From: Macrostomum lignano
Taxonomy: Eukaryota
Direction of reading: 5' to 3'
Assembly (NCBI GenBank): GCA_002269645.1
Contig: NIVC01002409.1
Span: forward strand, 113,148-177,147
Length of the DNA: 64,000 bases
Shown here: positions 30,679 to 42,767 of the stretch, piece by piece
How the letters are laid out: the number at the start of each line of letters is the position of its first letter
Numbering within the stretch: position 1 is the first letter of the stretch
Position numbers and translations under genes: made by a program
The notes under the pieces: model-generated
What the model was told of the DNA's origin: nothing
The model's input: only the letters and a program-made list of their open reading frames with translations
The model's database searches: none

Positions 30679-32743
30679 AATCAAGTGGCAGCTGACAAAG
30701 CTGTTTAAGCCTGAGAAGAGACTAAAAAAGTTTTCACGCTTTTTACGAAATTCTCGAGCTCAGGTGTCTTAGTTTGAATCTCGACCTCAATTCTTATTTA
30801 TCCGAATAAGTTTACGTGACTCATGTTGTAATGCCTGTCTGTCTACATACGTCTTTTTCGTCTCTTACGAGTATTGTGTTATGTCCGTTTATTCAAAGCT
30901 AAAAGGTCAATGTCCAAATTTGTCTAGTTTTAGATTCATTGTAGGAAAACATTGCGTTAGTATTTCTAGGAAATGGATCAGAAAGAGCACACAATAGCGC
31001 TCGTACCTAAATTCATAATTTTCGTAAAATTTAGTAAAAATGAATGTAAAGGTTCAGTTTTAGTTCAAATGCATTGACCATATTTAGCTACATATATATG
31101 TGATTCTTTTACATTTTCTATTTTGTACTTTATTCTTTGCGTGAATTTTAGCAGCCTGCTCCATGCTACCTGATTATAAATATTCATATTTTGTTACTGA
31201 GAGCCACATTTATCAATCAGCTGTGCATTTCTTCCTCTGTAAATTGTATCTTTGCATTGCTCCAAAATGTTCCGCATAGCTGCGGAACAAAATCTGCGTT
31301 GCAAAATATTCTATATGATCTTTTGCTCGGAAAATTTTGGCAAGTAAGAGAAATTTAGAGCTTGTTCCCGCAGTATTGTTTTGCTTTTGAAAAATAGCGA
31401 GAAAAAATGTCAATTACCTGTAGTCAGCAATATATGACAGCTTCATTAGGAATTAGTTTTCTTCAAATATACTTCTCTGTTTGATGCTGCAAGACTTCCT
31501 CAGCAAGCAAGTAGCGCAGGATTCTTCTGTTGCTTGTCTAAGATCTAAAATTGTTAATGTACCACTCGTACATCACCGCTTCATGTATTGCCTTGAGGTA
31601 GCGCATGGGTGGCTTATGGGTGACCCGGAGGTAGCGCATGAGCTGATTTTATTCAGCGGTTTCGCCACCTGAATTGCAGAAACTGCAGTTCGCGTTGCTG
31701 GTATGCCCTGCCTGCGGGTTACATGTGCTGGTGCCTGGTAAAGCGGCCGTCACCTGAGAGGGTCATATGGTGGTAGCCCGGATGTCTCTGCGAGAGGCGC
31801 AATCAGAGGAGCTTCCGGCGCTGGTGAGAGCTGGGAGACAGAGCCTCTGGATTGCCTGCAGGTAGTGTAGTTCGCTCATGTTGAATGGTGCTGCTGGGTC
31901 CTGATGCGCGAGTCGATGACGCAGCTCTTGGCTGGGTAAAAACTGCAGACACAAAAATTTGGAATTCCAAATGCACCAGCGAAAACAAACTTTCCGTGCT
32001 GGCATCCATCCAATTCTACGAAAACCGGGTAGTTTCCTGTATGTACTTTAGTTGTTCGAGGAGGCACTTTTTCTCGAACGTCGTTCTCACTGCATTATCA
32101 ACTTCTCGGCCTAGAACGTCGTTCTTACTGCATTATCAACTTCTCGGCCATCAAATAATTATGGTCTGAGCAACTCTTATCTGAAGATCCGAGCAACTCT
32201 CATCTGAAGATCTGAGCAACTCTCATCTGAAGATCCGAGCAACTCTTGCCTGAAGGTTTGAGTACGAACAAGCAATTAGTTAACATGTACATGTACAAAA
32301 TTTTAATTGGGAAACCTCGTCTGCATGCAAGTCGGAATTAAACTCAAGGACCACTAAGAATACTTCGTTCTAGTAGTCCTTGGGACTCCTTGATTAAACC
32401 ATAGGCCTGTGCCCAAACACAGGGAGGCCCTTAGCTGCGCATACAAGGAATAAACGGCCTGTTTTAAACAAGGAAGAATGCAGCAAATTACTACTCCATA
32501 TACTCCTAGAAGAGAGCCTAAAACAGATGGTTTTTTTTCGTTAAAAGTTTTCACTGCGTTGAGAGAATTGCCTACTGGCAGCTTTGCCCCATTTGAGCTC
32601 ATTCATCAGCTGTTTCATTAATTTTGCATAGCAGTGGCTGAGCTGCGAGAGTGCAGGCGCAGTCAAGAACAGCTCGCAGTCGTCAGATGCATGAAAAGCT
32701 GCTTCGTTCTTCCAATTAATTGGCAAGTGAAGCTGTGAGCTGC

Positions 32744-32960
32744 AGTATAGACATGGACTACTCAAACACCGGGACAGAAACTAGGAATTTTTTACGAGGC
32801 TGGTCTTTTTAAGCAGCTGACGGGGCTGGCTGGCTTATTTTCATTAGAGCGATGCTGTGTTACTTTGTTGTCTAGGGTTATTTTCTACTGCTGCTAAAGG
32901 ACCAGCCTCTTAAAAAATTCCTAGCTTACCGTCCCGGTGTTTGAGTAGTTCCTGAGTACA
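32744..32960. mobile_element. Nested fold-back MITE pair upstream of lectin copy 1
   Basis: Outer 19-bp perfect arms ACTACTCAAACACCGGGAC (32757-32775 / 32931-32949); inner arms GGAATTTTTTACGAGGCTGGTC (32784-32921) flanked by CTAG on both sides; whole insert flanked by GAGCTGC; empty site GAGTTGC at 36845-36851 in the paralogue. Confidence 0.85.
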
Positions 32961-33019
32961 GAGCTGCTTCTTCCGTGTCTCTGTCGTCATGACAAACAAA
33001 AAAGAGGCGTTGTCTACGC

Positions 33020-33062
33020 AGCCAATCAAGGAAGCCGCTGCGGATGAGGGCGAGAGTATTAA
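33020..33062 (+). promoter_or_regulatory. CCAAT box plus TATA-like element of lectin copy 1
   Basis: AGCCAATCA (NF-Y consensus) and TATTAA, conserved in all three paralogues (also 36905-36949 and 42668-42701) amid diverged flanks, 50-80 nt before the ATG. Confidence 0.6.
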
Positions 33063-33137
33063 GCCAGCCGTTCTTCTCCAGGAAAGCTGCAGATGCCCGA
33101 ATCCAGTCAAGCGCCACCGACTCAACTCCCGGCAAGA

Positions 33138-33907
33138 ATGGCTGCCGCTCACCTCCTGGCCTTCCTGATTCTGCTGGCCGGCTCGGTGCCGCGGCCGGCG
33201 GTGCGGGCCGGACTGGCCCAGCAGTTCCACAGCGTGAACGGCAGCCTGTGCATCGGCAGCGAGTTCACTGAGACCCACAGCACCGGCTCCGAGCGCGAGT
33301 GCGCCATGCTGTGCAGCGACAGCCAGCGCTGCCAGGCCTTCACCACGGCTGACGGTCCGTGCCAGCTGTTCGTGTTCGACAGGTGCAGCAAGTCGGTGCG
33401 GGACTGCGGCTGCTCCCGGAGAGGCCGCCTGTTCGTGAAGCGGCAGCCGGGACTCGAGCCGGGCGCGCTGTGTCCTCCTGGCTACGGAGACGAGCTGTGT
33501 GGAGTGAAGTACCGCACCATCAGCACCATGCCGCATCCTGGTCGGCCAGCAGGCAGCTGTGCGAGTCGGAGCCGGGCCTGGTGATCATGGCTGACGTGAT
33601 GGACTCAACCGAGATGGAGCACGTAGAGAGCCTGTACAACAAGACCTACCCAGGTGGTTCGATGTGGCTGGGAGGCCTCCAGCTGCCGGGCAGCTCGGAG
33701 CCGGCGGACGGCTGGGTCTGGGCGAGCTGCGGCGGCAGCCTCAGCGCCAGCCTGTGGGCCAGCGGGGAGCCAAGCAATGGCGGTGGCAATGGCATAGAGA
33801 ACGTCACATTGAGGTACAAAACAAAAGCCGGCCTTACGGACGTAAGAGACGACTTAACGGGCATCCCAGTCGGTGTGCTGTGCGAGTGCGTGTCGCCTTT
33901 TGATTGA
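33138..33907 (+). CDS. Secreted PAN/apple + C-type lectin protein, copy 1 (-1 frameshift at about 33527)
   Basis: Signal peptide MAAAHLLAFLILLAG; PAN Cys pattern C..ECAMLCSDSQRCQAF..CQL; long-form CTLD start CPPGYGDELC. The lectin continues in another frame (SWSASRQLCES..WLGG..W..GEPS..CECVSPFD). No intron. Confidence 0.82.
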
Positions 33908-35230
33908 CCGAGTGCTCGAACAACTTCAGTAATGTCAATATAATTACACTTTTGAGACTTGAGTGCCTCGGTTAGTTTTGTGCCTTTCCTCCATCCATAA
34001 TGCAGAGTAGACCCACATCACAGACTGTACACTCAAACTGTTCTATCGATTCTAATCCCGATTATGAGAATAAATATACACCTATTGCTAAACAACTGCA
34101 GTACTAAACACATAATGACTTTTACAGTGTACATGCTATACTTTATTTATGTTTAAATCAGTATTCAGGAGCATGCAATTTTTGTCAGCTGAAGATTTTA
34201 ACTCTCCTCTATTGATGTAGAATGGAATTTACATGTACATGCGTTTCCAATATACTACTAGTAAGGAGAATTTTGTAAGTAGTTGAAACGAGGGATACTT
34301 GCGAGGGGGGGGGGGGTTGATTTGATTGCAGTGAAGATTTTATGCTCGAAAACTTTTAGTGTTTGATTTTTCTGCTCTTCTTGCCGTTGATGCACTCCGC
34401 AACATCCAACATTTTTCAACACCGAAACGGTGCAAAAAGTTATCAAGGTTTGCATGGTATGCTTTGGCCTTAGACAAGGAAACTAACTGAAAATTTGTAG
34501 TGGCTGTATTTTTTAAGTTTCTGTCTATCTTCAGTTAGGCTTGGCCTCAATGCTTTTAAACGAATTTTATACCTTTTTTTCACCATGATTATCGAGTTTA
34601 CCGTCTTGAGTGATTGAGTTGCCCTTGCCTGCTAGTAAAGCGGCAGGTACAAGCAGGGCAGGGGCGGGCGCAGGTGATCAGCTGTGCATTTCTTCCCCTG
34701 TAAATTGTATGTTTTTGCATTGCTCTACATTGTTCCACACACAGCTGCACGTATTCGGCTGCAAAATATAGTCTACATGATCTTGTAGACTAGAGCTGAG
34801 AAACTTAAAGCTTGCATCCCGCAGTATTGTTCTGCTTTTGAAAAAGAGCGACAGCAATGTCAATTACCGGTAGTCAGCAATATTACAGCATAAATAAATA
34901 TGGAATGAGGTCTCTTCAAATAGTTTGATAGTGCAAGACTTCCTCAGCAACAAGCACAGGATTCTTCTGTTGCTAGACTCTTAAATGTTAGTCTAGCTAA
35001 TGTGTCACCCTCCATGTATAGCCTGGCCTGAGCTACTTGGTGCACTTCAATATGCTTGGTGCAGCTGATCAAAGGGCGCTGGGAGACAGGCCTCTTGATT
35101 GCCTGCAGGTAGTGCGGTTCGGCCATGCTGAGCGGTGCTGCTGGGTCCTGATCCACGCTTTGATGCGCGAGTCGATAAAGAAACTCTTCACTAGGTAAAA
35201 AACTGCAGTCACAAAAATCGCCTGAAGGTC

Positions 35231-36450
35231 TGAGCAGCTCCCATCTGGAGATTTGTGCAGCTCCCATCTGGAGATTTAAGCAGCTCCCATCTGGAGACTT
35301 GAGCAGCTCCCATCTGGAGACTTGAGCAGCTCCCATCTGGAGACTTGAGCAGCTCCCATCTGGAGATTTAAGCAGCTCCCATCTGGAGATTTGTGCAGCT
35401 CCCATCTGGAGACTTGAGCAGCTCCCATCTGGAGATTTAAGCAGCTCCCATCTGGAGATTTAAGCAGCTCCCATCTGGAGACTTGAGCAGCTCCCATCTG
35501 GAGACTTGAGTAGCTCCCATCTGGAGACTTGAGCAGCTCCCATCTGGAGATTTGAGCAGCTCCCATCTGGAGATTTAAGCAGCTCCCATCTGGAGATTTA
35601 AGCAGCTCCCATCTGGACATTTAAGCAGCTCCCATCTGGACATTTGAGAAGCTCCCATCTGGAGATTTAAGCAGCTCCCATCTGGAGATTTAAGCAGCTC
35701 CCATCTGGAGATTTAAGCAGCTCCCATCTGGACATTTAAGCAGCTCCCATCTGGACATTTGAGAAGCTCCCATCTGGAGATTTAAGCAGCTCCCATCTGG
35801 AGATTTGTGCAGCTCCCATCTGGAGACTTGAGCAGCTCCCATCTGGAGATTTAAGCAGCTCCCATCTGGAGATTTAAGCAGCTCCCATCTGGAGACTTGA
35901 GCAGCTCCCATCTGGAGACTTGAGTAGCTCCCATCTGGAGACTTGAGCAGCTCCCATCTGGAGATTTGAGCAGCTCCCATCTGGAGATTTAAGCAGCTCC
36001 CATCTGGAGATTTAAGCAGCTCCCATCTGGAGATTTAAGCAGCTCCCATTTGGACATTTAAGCAGCTCCCATCTGGACATTTGAGAAGCTCCCATCTGGA
36101 GATTTAAGCAGCTCCCATCTGGAGATTTGAGCAGCTCCCATCTGGAGATTTGAGTAGCTCCCATCTGGAGATTTGAATAGCACCCATCTGGAGATTTGAG
36201 TAGCTCCCATCTGGAGATTTGAATGGCTCACATCTGGAGATTTGAGTAGCTCACATCTGGAGATTTGAGTAGCTCCCATCTGCAGATTTGAGCAGCTCCC
36301 ATCTGCAGATTTGAGCAGCTCCCATCTGGAGATTTGAGCAGCTCCCATCTGGAGATTTGAGCAGCTCCCATCTGGAGATTTGAGTGGCTCCCATCTGGAG
36401 ATTTGAATAGCTCCCATCTGAAGGTCTGAGCAGTTCTCACTTGAAGATCT
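35231..36450. repeat. 23-bp satellite (GAGCAGCTCCCATCTGGAGATTT)n, about 53 units
   Basis: Direct; homologous to about 4 units at 32166-32260. Confidence 0.96.
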
Positions 36451-36997
36451 GAATACGAACAAGCAAGTTAACATGTACTATATTTTAATTGGCAAACCTC
36501 GTCAGCAAGTCTGAATTGAGCCATACGCCAGTGCCCAGACACTGACGGGCCGCTGCGCATACAAGGAATAACGGCGTGCTGCTCAAATTTGCTGCTCAAA
36601 TATGCAGCAAATTACTATACCAAATACTCCCAGAAGAGAGCCTAAAACAGAAATGGTTTTTTCGTTGAAAAGTTTCCTGCGTGGAGAGAATTGGCTAGCA
36701 GCTTTGCCCCATTGAAGCTATTCAGCTGTTTTATAAATTTTGCATAGCAGTGGCTGAGCTGCCAGCGCAGTCAACAACAGCTCGCAGTCATCAGATGCAT
36801 GAAAAGCTGCTTTGTACTTACAATTAATTGGCAAGTGAATCTGTGAGTTGCTTCTTCCACGTCTTTATCGCCTTGACAACCAGTGAAAGAGGCAGTGTCC
36901 ACACAGCCAATCAAGGTATAGCTGCTGAGGATGACGCCGAGGGTATTAAGCACGCTGCTCTTCCCCAAGCGCCACAGCCACAACTCCCAGCAATTGA

Positions 36998-37752
36998 ATG
37001 GCTGCCGCTCACCTCCTGGCCTTCCTGATTCTGCTGGCCGGCTCGGTGCCGCGGCCGGCGGTGCGGGCCGGACTGGCCCAGCAGTTCCACAGCGTGAACG
37101 GCAGCCTGTGCATCGGCAGCGAGTTCACTGAGACCCACAGCGCCGGCTCCGAGCGCGAGTGCGCCATGCTGTGCAGCGACAGCCAGCGCTGCCAGGCCTT
37201 CACCACGGCTGACGGTCCGTGCCAGCTGTTCGTGTTCGACAGGTGCAGCAAGTCGGTGCGGGACTGCGGCTGCTCCCGGAGAGGCCGCCTGTTCGTGAAG
37301 CGGCAGCCGGGACTCGAGCCGGGCGCGCTGTGTCCTGGCTACGGAGACGAGCTGTGCGGAGTGAAGTACCGCACCATCAGCACCATGCCGCATCCTGGTC
37401 GGCCAGCAGGCAGCTGTGCGAGTCGGAGCCGGGCCTGGTGATCATGGCTGACGTGATGGACTCAACCGAGATGGAGCACGTAGAGAGCCTGTACAACAAG
37501 ACCTACCCAGGTGGTTCGATGTGGCTGGGAGGCCTCCAGCTGCCGGGCAGCTCGGAGCCGGCGGACGGCTGGGTCTGGGCGAGCTGCGGCGGCAGCCTGA
37601 GCGCCAGCCTGTGGGCCAGCGGGGAGCCAAGTAATAGCTGGGGTGTCGAGAACGTCACCGTCAGGTACCAACCAAAAGTCGGCATCACAGACTTTCCCGA
37701 CACGGGGGTGGTAGTTGGTGCTCTCTGCGAGTGCGTGTCGCCTTTTGAGTGA
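36998..37752 (+). CDS. Secreted PAN/apple + C-type lectin protein, copy 2 (same -1 frameshift at about 37384)
   Basis: Nearly identical to copy 1 up to GEPS (3-nt deletion CPPG to CPG), then a divergent lectin tip SNSWGVENVTVRYQPKVGITDFPDTG. Confidence 0.82.
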
Positions 37753-39444
37753 CTGAGAGCTCGAACAATTTCAATGTCAATATAAATCACACTTCTGAGA
37801 CTGAGAATACCTCGTGTAGGTACAGGACAGTTGGCATCGGCAAAGTACGTTGCTCTTAAAATGAATTTTCGAAAATTCCCCCCCCTAAAGTTTTGTCACA
37901 GCAGGCAAGCAGGAGCTGGTGTTGCTATGTGATTAGCGCTGATTTTGATGAGGCATCGACCTGTTTTCCCGTTTCGAATGTTTGGCTGTTGGCTGTTGCC
38001 TTGACCTCTTTGCGATCGAAGTTTTCAATATGCGTATTTCTGTTTTTCTGTCTCACCCTGCAGACTCACTTGCACTCGTCTTATCGTCTTAACTTTTCCA
38101 CCTGTAAGTTAAAATTGCGACCAAGCATCCCAATTGTTTAGCCAATGTAAACCTATGGTTCACAGTGCCAGCAACGCAAATTTGCTTTTTATTCATAATG
38201 CAGAGCAGACCCACACTGTACAGACTCTCTAAAATCAAACTGCCGAATCGATTGTAATCCCGTTTATGAGAATAAATATGCACCTATTACTAAACCACTG
38301 TCATCTACAAAATTCATGGTAGAATTACTTTTTTTATACACATCATGCATTAATTATGTTTAAATTAGTGCACAATGCATGCAGAGTGTGTCTGCTGTGG
38401 CTCCGCTTATACTTGAATATGTTTACTAACATAACATTATAAACCTGTAGTATGAAATTTACATGTACATGCGATTATAGACTACTAGTAATGAGAATTT
38501 TGTAAGTCGTTGAAACGCAAGGGGGTTTGATGTGATAGCAGTGAAGATTATCTGCTTTTAAAACTTTTGGCGCTCGGCTTTTCTGCTCTTGCCGTTTGTA
38601 CTCAGTGACAAGTATCAGCCGGTTTATGAGATTTTCTGACGTTGACGGCTCTCAGAGAGCCACTTGTGTCCCAGGAATGACGCCCAGCTGCTAAACGGGG
38701 GCGAAATCATTATGCTACTCAAGGGCGCAGGCAGGGAGAGGGGCCCGCAGCCTCCATTGCAAAGCATGCGGCGCCCCCTTTTCCAGCAGGCTTGACGTCC
38801 CCCCCTCCTCACATTCGTTTCTGATTGGTTTTGCTGATTTATTGCATACTTGCAAGACATTCTTGCATCAATATTCTATCAATATTCTTGCATATGTTTA
38901 TGTTTGCTATCATAACATAACCTGTACATTTAGTTTTGGGCTTTTATGTACAAACGCATATAGACTACTAGTAATGAGAACTTTGTAAGTAGTTGAAACG
39001 CGTGATACTTTTGCGAGGTGGATATGATGTGATTGCAGTGAAGATCGACAAGGTTTATCTCTGCAGGATCAAAATTTGCGGATTTCAACAGGTTGTCCTT
39101 TTTATTTATATTTCATATCTTCGCGCCCTGCCTCAGGGGTTTCAACAAACAATCACACGAAACGCATCTCCGGTTTTACACATTAAACTAGCCTGTTGCT
39201 ACGAGAGCGAGGCTGGATTAGTTCGGGTTTTTTGCTTTGCCTTGGTTGAGTTCGAGCGATTGCAGGAGATCAGTCATTGAGTCTTTTTCCGCTCTTTCGC
39301 GCGCGTCGGTTCGCAGGTCCAGTTGCTACGCAACTCGGGGTTGACTAGCTGTCGGTTTTCTTGGGGGCGCCCGCTGCTCCTCCTCCCCTTTCGGCGGACT
39401 CCGGGCCGTGGAGCAGGTGGGGACAACTCACTGAGCTGCACAGA

Positions 39445-40095
39445 AGAGTTGGGAATCTGAAAGATCACTAAAGAGCGCCAGAGCAAGCAAAAGAGCAAAG
39501 CTAAACGGGCGCCAGCCAGCATAAGTAATGAGACACGTCCTGAGCCACTCCATCGTTTCTGGCAGCCAGACCGACCCGGGGGAGACCGGCCACAGCAATT
39601 ATAATGGTAAAAGGGTTTAGCAACCCTGATGAAGGGTAAGCCCAAACGCCACCAAACCAGTCAGTTGCTAGGGCGATCCGCTCTGCCCTCGCAGGGGTTG
39701 TGGCGGAGTGGGTTGGCTAGCGCACTGGTTGAGTTAGAAGCGGCTCTCCCCTTCCCTTGGCTTCAGTCCCTCACAAATCTCCCAGTCCATGCCCGTCAGC
39801 AGTACATTGTTCTGCGAGGGGGTTCTGGAGGGGGTCCGGTGTTCTCCATCTCGTCCCGTTGCCATGCGAGTTCCGCGGCCGCCATCGATCGGTTGTTTTC
39901 CGCGGGCATCTCCCCCCCCCGGCTGTGGCCACGTCTCCTCCCGGGCGGGCTGGCTGTCTGACACGATGGAGTGGGATCAGGGAATGTCACATTAACTCAT
40001 GCTGGCGTCCGTTTTGCTCTCCTCTTTGCTTGTTAGTTTTTATCATCAGGTTGCTCTGAACCTCTCTAGTTATCTTTATAGAGTTCCAACTCATA
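39445..40095. repeat. About 150-bp diverged inverted repeat pair (39445-39598 / 39920-40095), possibly a retroelement relic
   Basis: CCACTCCATCGTTTCTGGCAGCCAGACCGACCCGGGGGAGACCGGCCACAGC aligns with the reverse complement of 39922-39985; similarity extends outward. Confidence 0.7.
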
Positions 40096-40605
40096 CTGCA
40101 GTGGCAGATGCTGGACGCGAGACTCATGGAGTTGCTGACATGCAAGACAAAGACAATTGAAGTTTGTGATCTTGTTCAACTTCATGCATCACAATGCGTG
40201 GCCTGTGCAACTTTTGTTCTGATTCAAGATTCACGGTATTCACGCAGCAGCTCAAGAACCAGGGATGGAACCTAAGTTCAACCGCGGACGTGACGGACTG
40301 GAGCCGACAACTGGCCACCCAGTCGACTGAATGCACCTAAATATTCAGGGTCCATGGAGAGATAAAGGGCAAGATAAAAGAAGGAAGCCGCTCTCACCGG
40401 CCTTCGCTTCAACTTGGCTCGCAGCCGAAGTACTTTCAGTCTCCTCTGAACCACCGTCGATGAGTCTCAGCCCAGCAGCAGTTCTTAGTGCAACGATAGC
40501 TGACTGCCCCATTTCTAGCGCTGTCCTGCGCATAAATTACTGATCCGATTCTGTGTCCTTGGATTGGCTTCACCGAATTTCAAACACTAACTAAGTTTGC
40601 CCCCA

Positions 40606-40818
40606 AGCCAGAGCAGTTGAGTCAAGCCAAGCACCCAAGCCAGAGCAGTTGAGTCAAGCCAAGCCCCCAAGCCAGAGCAGTTGAGTCAAGCCAAGCCCTC
40701 AAAGCCAGAGCAGCTGAGTCAAGCCAAGCCCTCAAAGCCAGAGCAGCTGAGTCAAGCCAAGCCCTCAAAGCCAGAGCAGCTGAGTCAAGCCAAGCCCTCA
40801 AAGCCAGAGCAGCTGAGT
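40606..40818. repeat. 33-bp minisatellite (AGAGCAGCTGAGTCAAGCCAAGCCCTCAAAGCC)
   Basis: Direct, about 6 units. Confidence 0.92.
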
Positions 40819-41487
40819 CAAATTCAGTCAAAGTGCGCGCCTATCAAGTCAAATATGCGCTCCTGCGCCAAAGCTGATCGACAGCGCGTTTATGCCAAAA
40901 GTGCGCGCCTCTGCCTTCAAGGAGGGCCAGTCTCAATCCTCCGCAGTCTCCCAGCTTCAACACATGCCCCCCATGCGCGCCAACCCTGGCCCTAACCAGA
41001 GCTTAACCTGGAAGGTTCTCAACGACTGCTTTTCTTGGCCAGGGGGATTCAATCCAATTAAATTCCCACCAGCCTGCGGCACCGCAGCTGCTGGGCTCAG
41101 GGTTGGCAGACAGTCAATTCAAATTGGCGCGGAGGCCTGGGCAGCAACTGCTGCCAGCACCGCTCCTCAGCTTCCACCAGCATCCCCGCTTGTGCTTTTA
41201 TGACAATTAATAACAACTCTAACTGAACCCTAGCGGGTCTGTGGGGCTCAGTTCTGCCACAGCGCTAATAATTTATGAGCTACAGATCGGATAAGTCATA
41301 TGTATATTATATATTTTTATTTGAATATCAGACTGAAGTTATAAAAATGCACGTTATTCATTGTAATTTTTTGGGCTAAAAATATTAAACTACTAATTCT
41401 TTTGCGAAAAAATTTTGCGGAGCGACTTGCAAGGAGAAGCAGGAGAGCGGGAAATGAAACTAGGTCGTTGCTGCACTCGACATCATT

Positions 41488-41796
41488 GGGCCGTATGTAT
41501 AAAGCCTTGTCCAGACTAGCTAGTCCGGACTTGGGTAGTTCAGTCTATAGTCTATGGTCTAGCTACCTTAGTTCTGTCTATAGTAGACCTATAGACAGAC
41601 CTATATGTCTATTAAACCCCTATGTGCCCTGCCCTGGAATTTGTCTATGTCTAACAGACCTATAGACAGATCTATAGTAGACCTATGCCTAGACCTATAG
41701 ACAGAACCAAGGTAGCTAGACCATAGACTATACATGTAGACTGAGCTACCCAAGTCCGGACTAGCTAGTCTGGACTAGGCTTTATACATACGGCCC
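41488..41796. mobile_element. 309-bp fold-back MITE, PIF/Harbinger-like
   Basis: About 100-bp TIRs starting GGGCCGTATGTATAAAGCC; 3-bp TSD ATT (41485-41487, 41797-41799). GGGCC ends with a 3-bp AT-rich TSD fit Harbinger. Confidence 0.85.
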
Positions 41797-42767
41797 ATTG
41801 ACTAACGATTTCACTGTTATCTTTTAGTTAAACCATAGACAGCTGTGTTGTCTCACTCCTGTGGGGTAGGAATTGAACCAAACCCAGTTCGATTTAAGCA
41901 ACGAAGCGAGCGCGTCCAAAATGCAGCCCAAATTAATCGGCTGCTAAACTTAAGCTACTTTCCAAACGAGTGAGTGAGCGAGTTGGATTTCGTCTAGAGC
42001 AAAATTGCAAAATTACGGGTCACAAGCAGACCAGGACAGTTCAGAGGTTAGTAAAACGGACGACATGCATAAATTTTTTTCTCTGCTACCTTTATGCCTT
42101 TCTTCGCTGCCCAAGAGCCGGACCCAAAAGTGGTCGTGCCTGTCACCAAGCTCGGACCTGTTTCGTCCCGTCAGCACCTTATGAATCAGGTGATCGACGT
42201 GGATTCCACAAACGTAGAAGGCGTTTTCGCGTTTCAGCGTTTTCGCTTGACGTCAATGGAACTTTTGCTAACTGCGTGTTCAATTTCAAGCCTTAGGATG
42301 CAACCTGACATCGTCAATGCTACCTAAACTGGAAAAAAACTACTAAGTTTTGCCGACATTTGTTTTAATAGTTGACATTGATTACTGGATCAGTTTCCAG
42401 TTGAACTTAAATAATCCAAATATACTAAATCTCTAAGGTTTGTATGCTTGCTTGCTTGTCCATAATAAGTATTCTAAAAATAGAAGCGTGCTTGTCTCAA
42501 AAGCTGAGAACTGGACAACCATTGCAGCGCTGTCTATGGCCGAGCTGGGTGCCCTCATCACATTCTTCAACCTTACGGTAAGGCTACAGTATGGCCATCA
42601 TACTAGAGCCGCTGCTTCTATCGAGTCTGTCGCCATGACAACCAAGGGAAAGAGGGATTGTCCACAGAGCCAATCAAGGGAGATGGGGGCGAGAGTATTA
42701 AGCCAGCTGCTCTTCCCCCAAGAAGCCGGAACCCAGGCAAGCGCCACAGCCTCAACTCCCAGCAAGA

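Larger units (their letters stand above)
31210..38600 (+). repeat. Tandem segmental duplication: unit A about 31210-34520, unit B about 34678-38600, each ending in a PAN-CTL gene
   Basis: Colinear, moderately diverged non-coding blocks, e.g. ATCAGCTGTGCATTTCTTCC at about 31216 and 34677, GTACGAACAAGCAA / ATACGAACAAGCAA at about 32262 and 36453, and matching 3' flanks. Confidence 0.88.

Noticed and set aside
33370-33560. A small intron that would repair the frameshift in lectin copies 1 and 2
   Set aside because: Candidate GT-AG pairs are either too short, keep the same frame, or delete conserved Cys residues that copy 3 retains.
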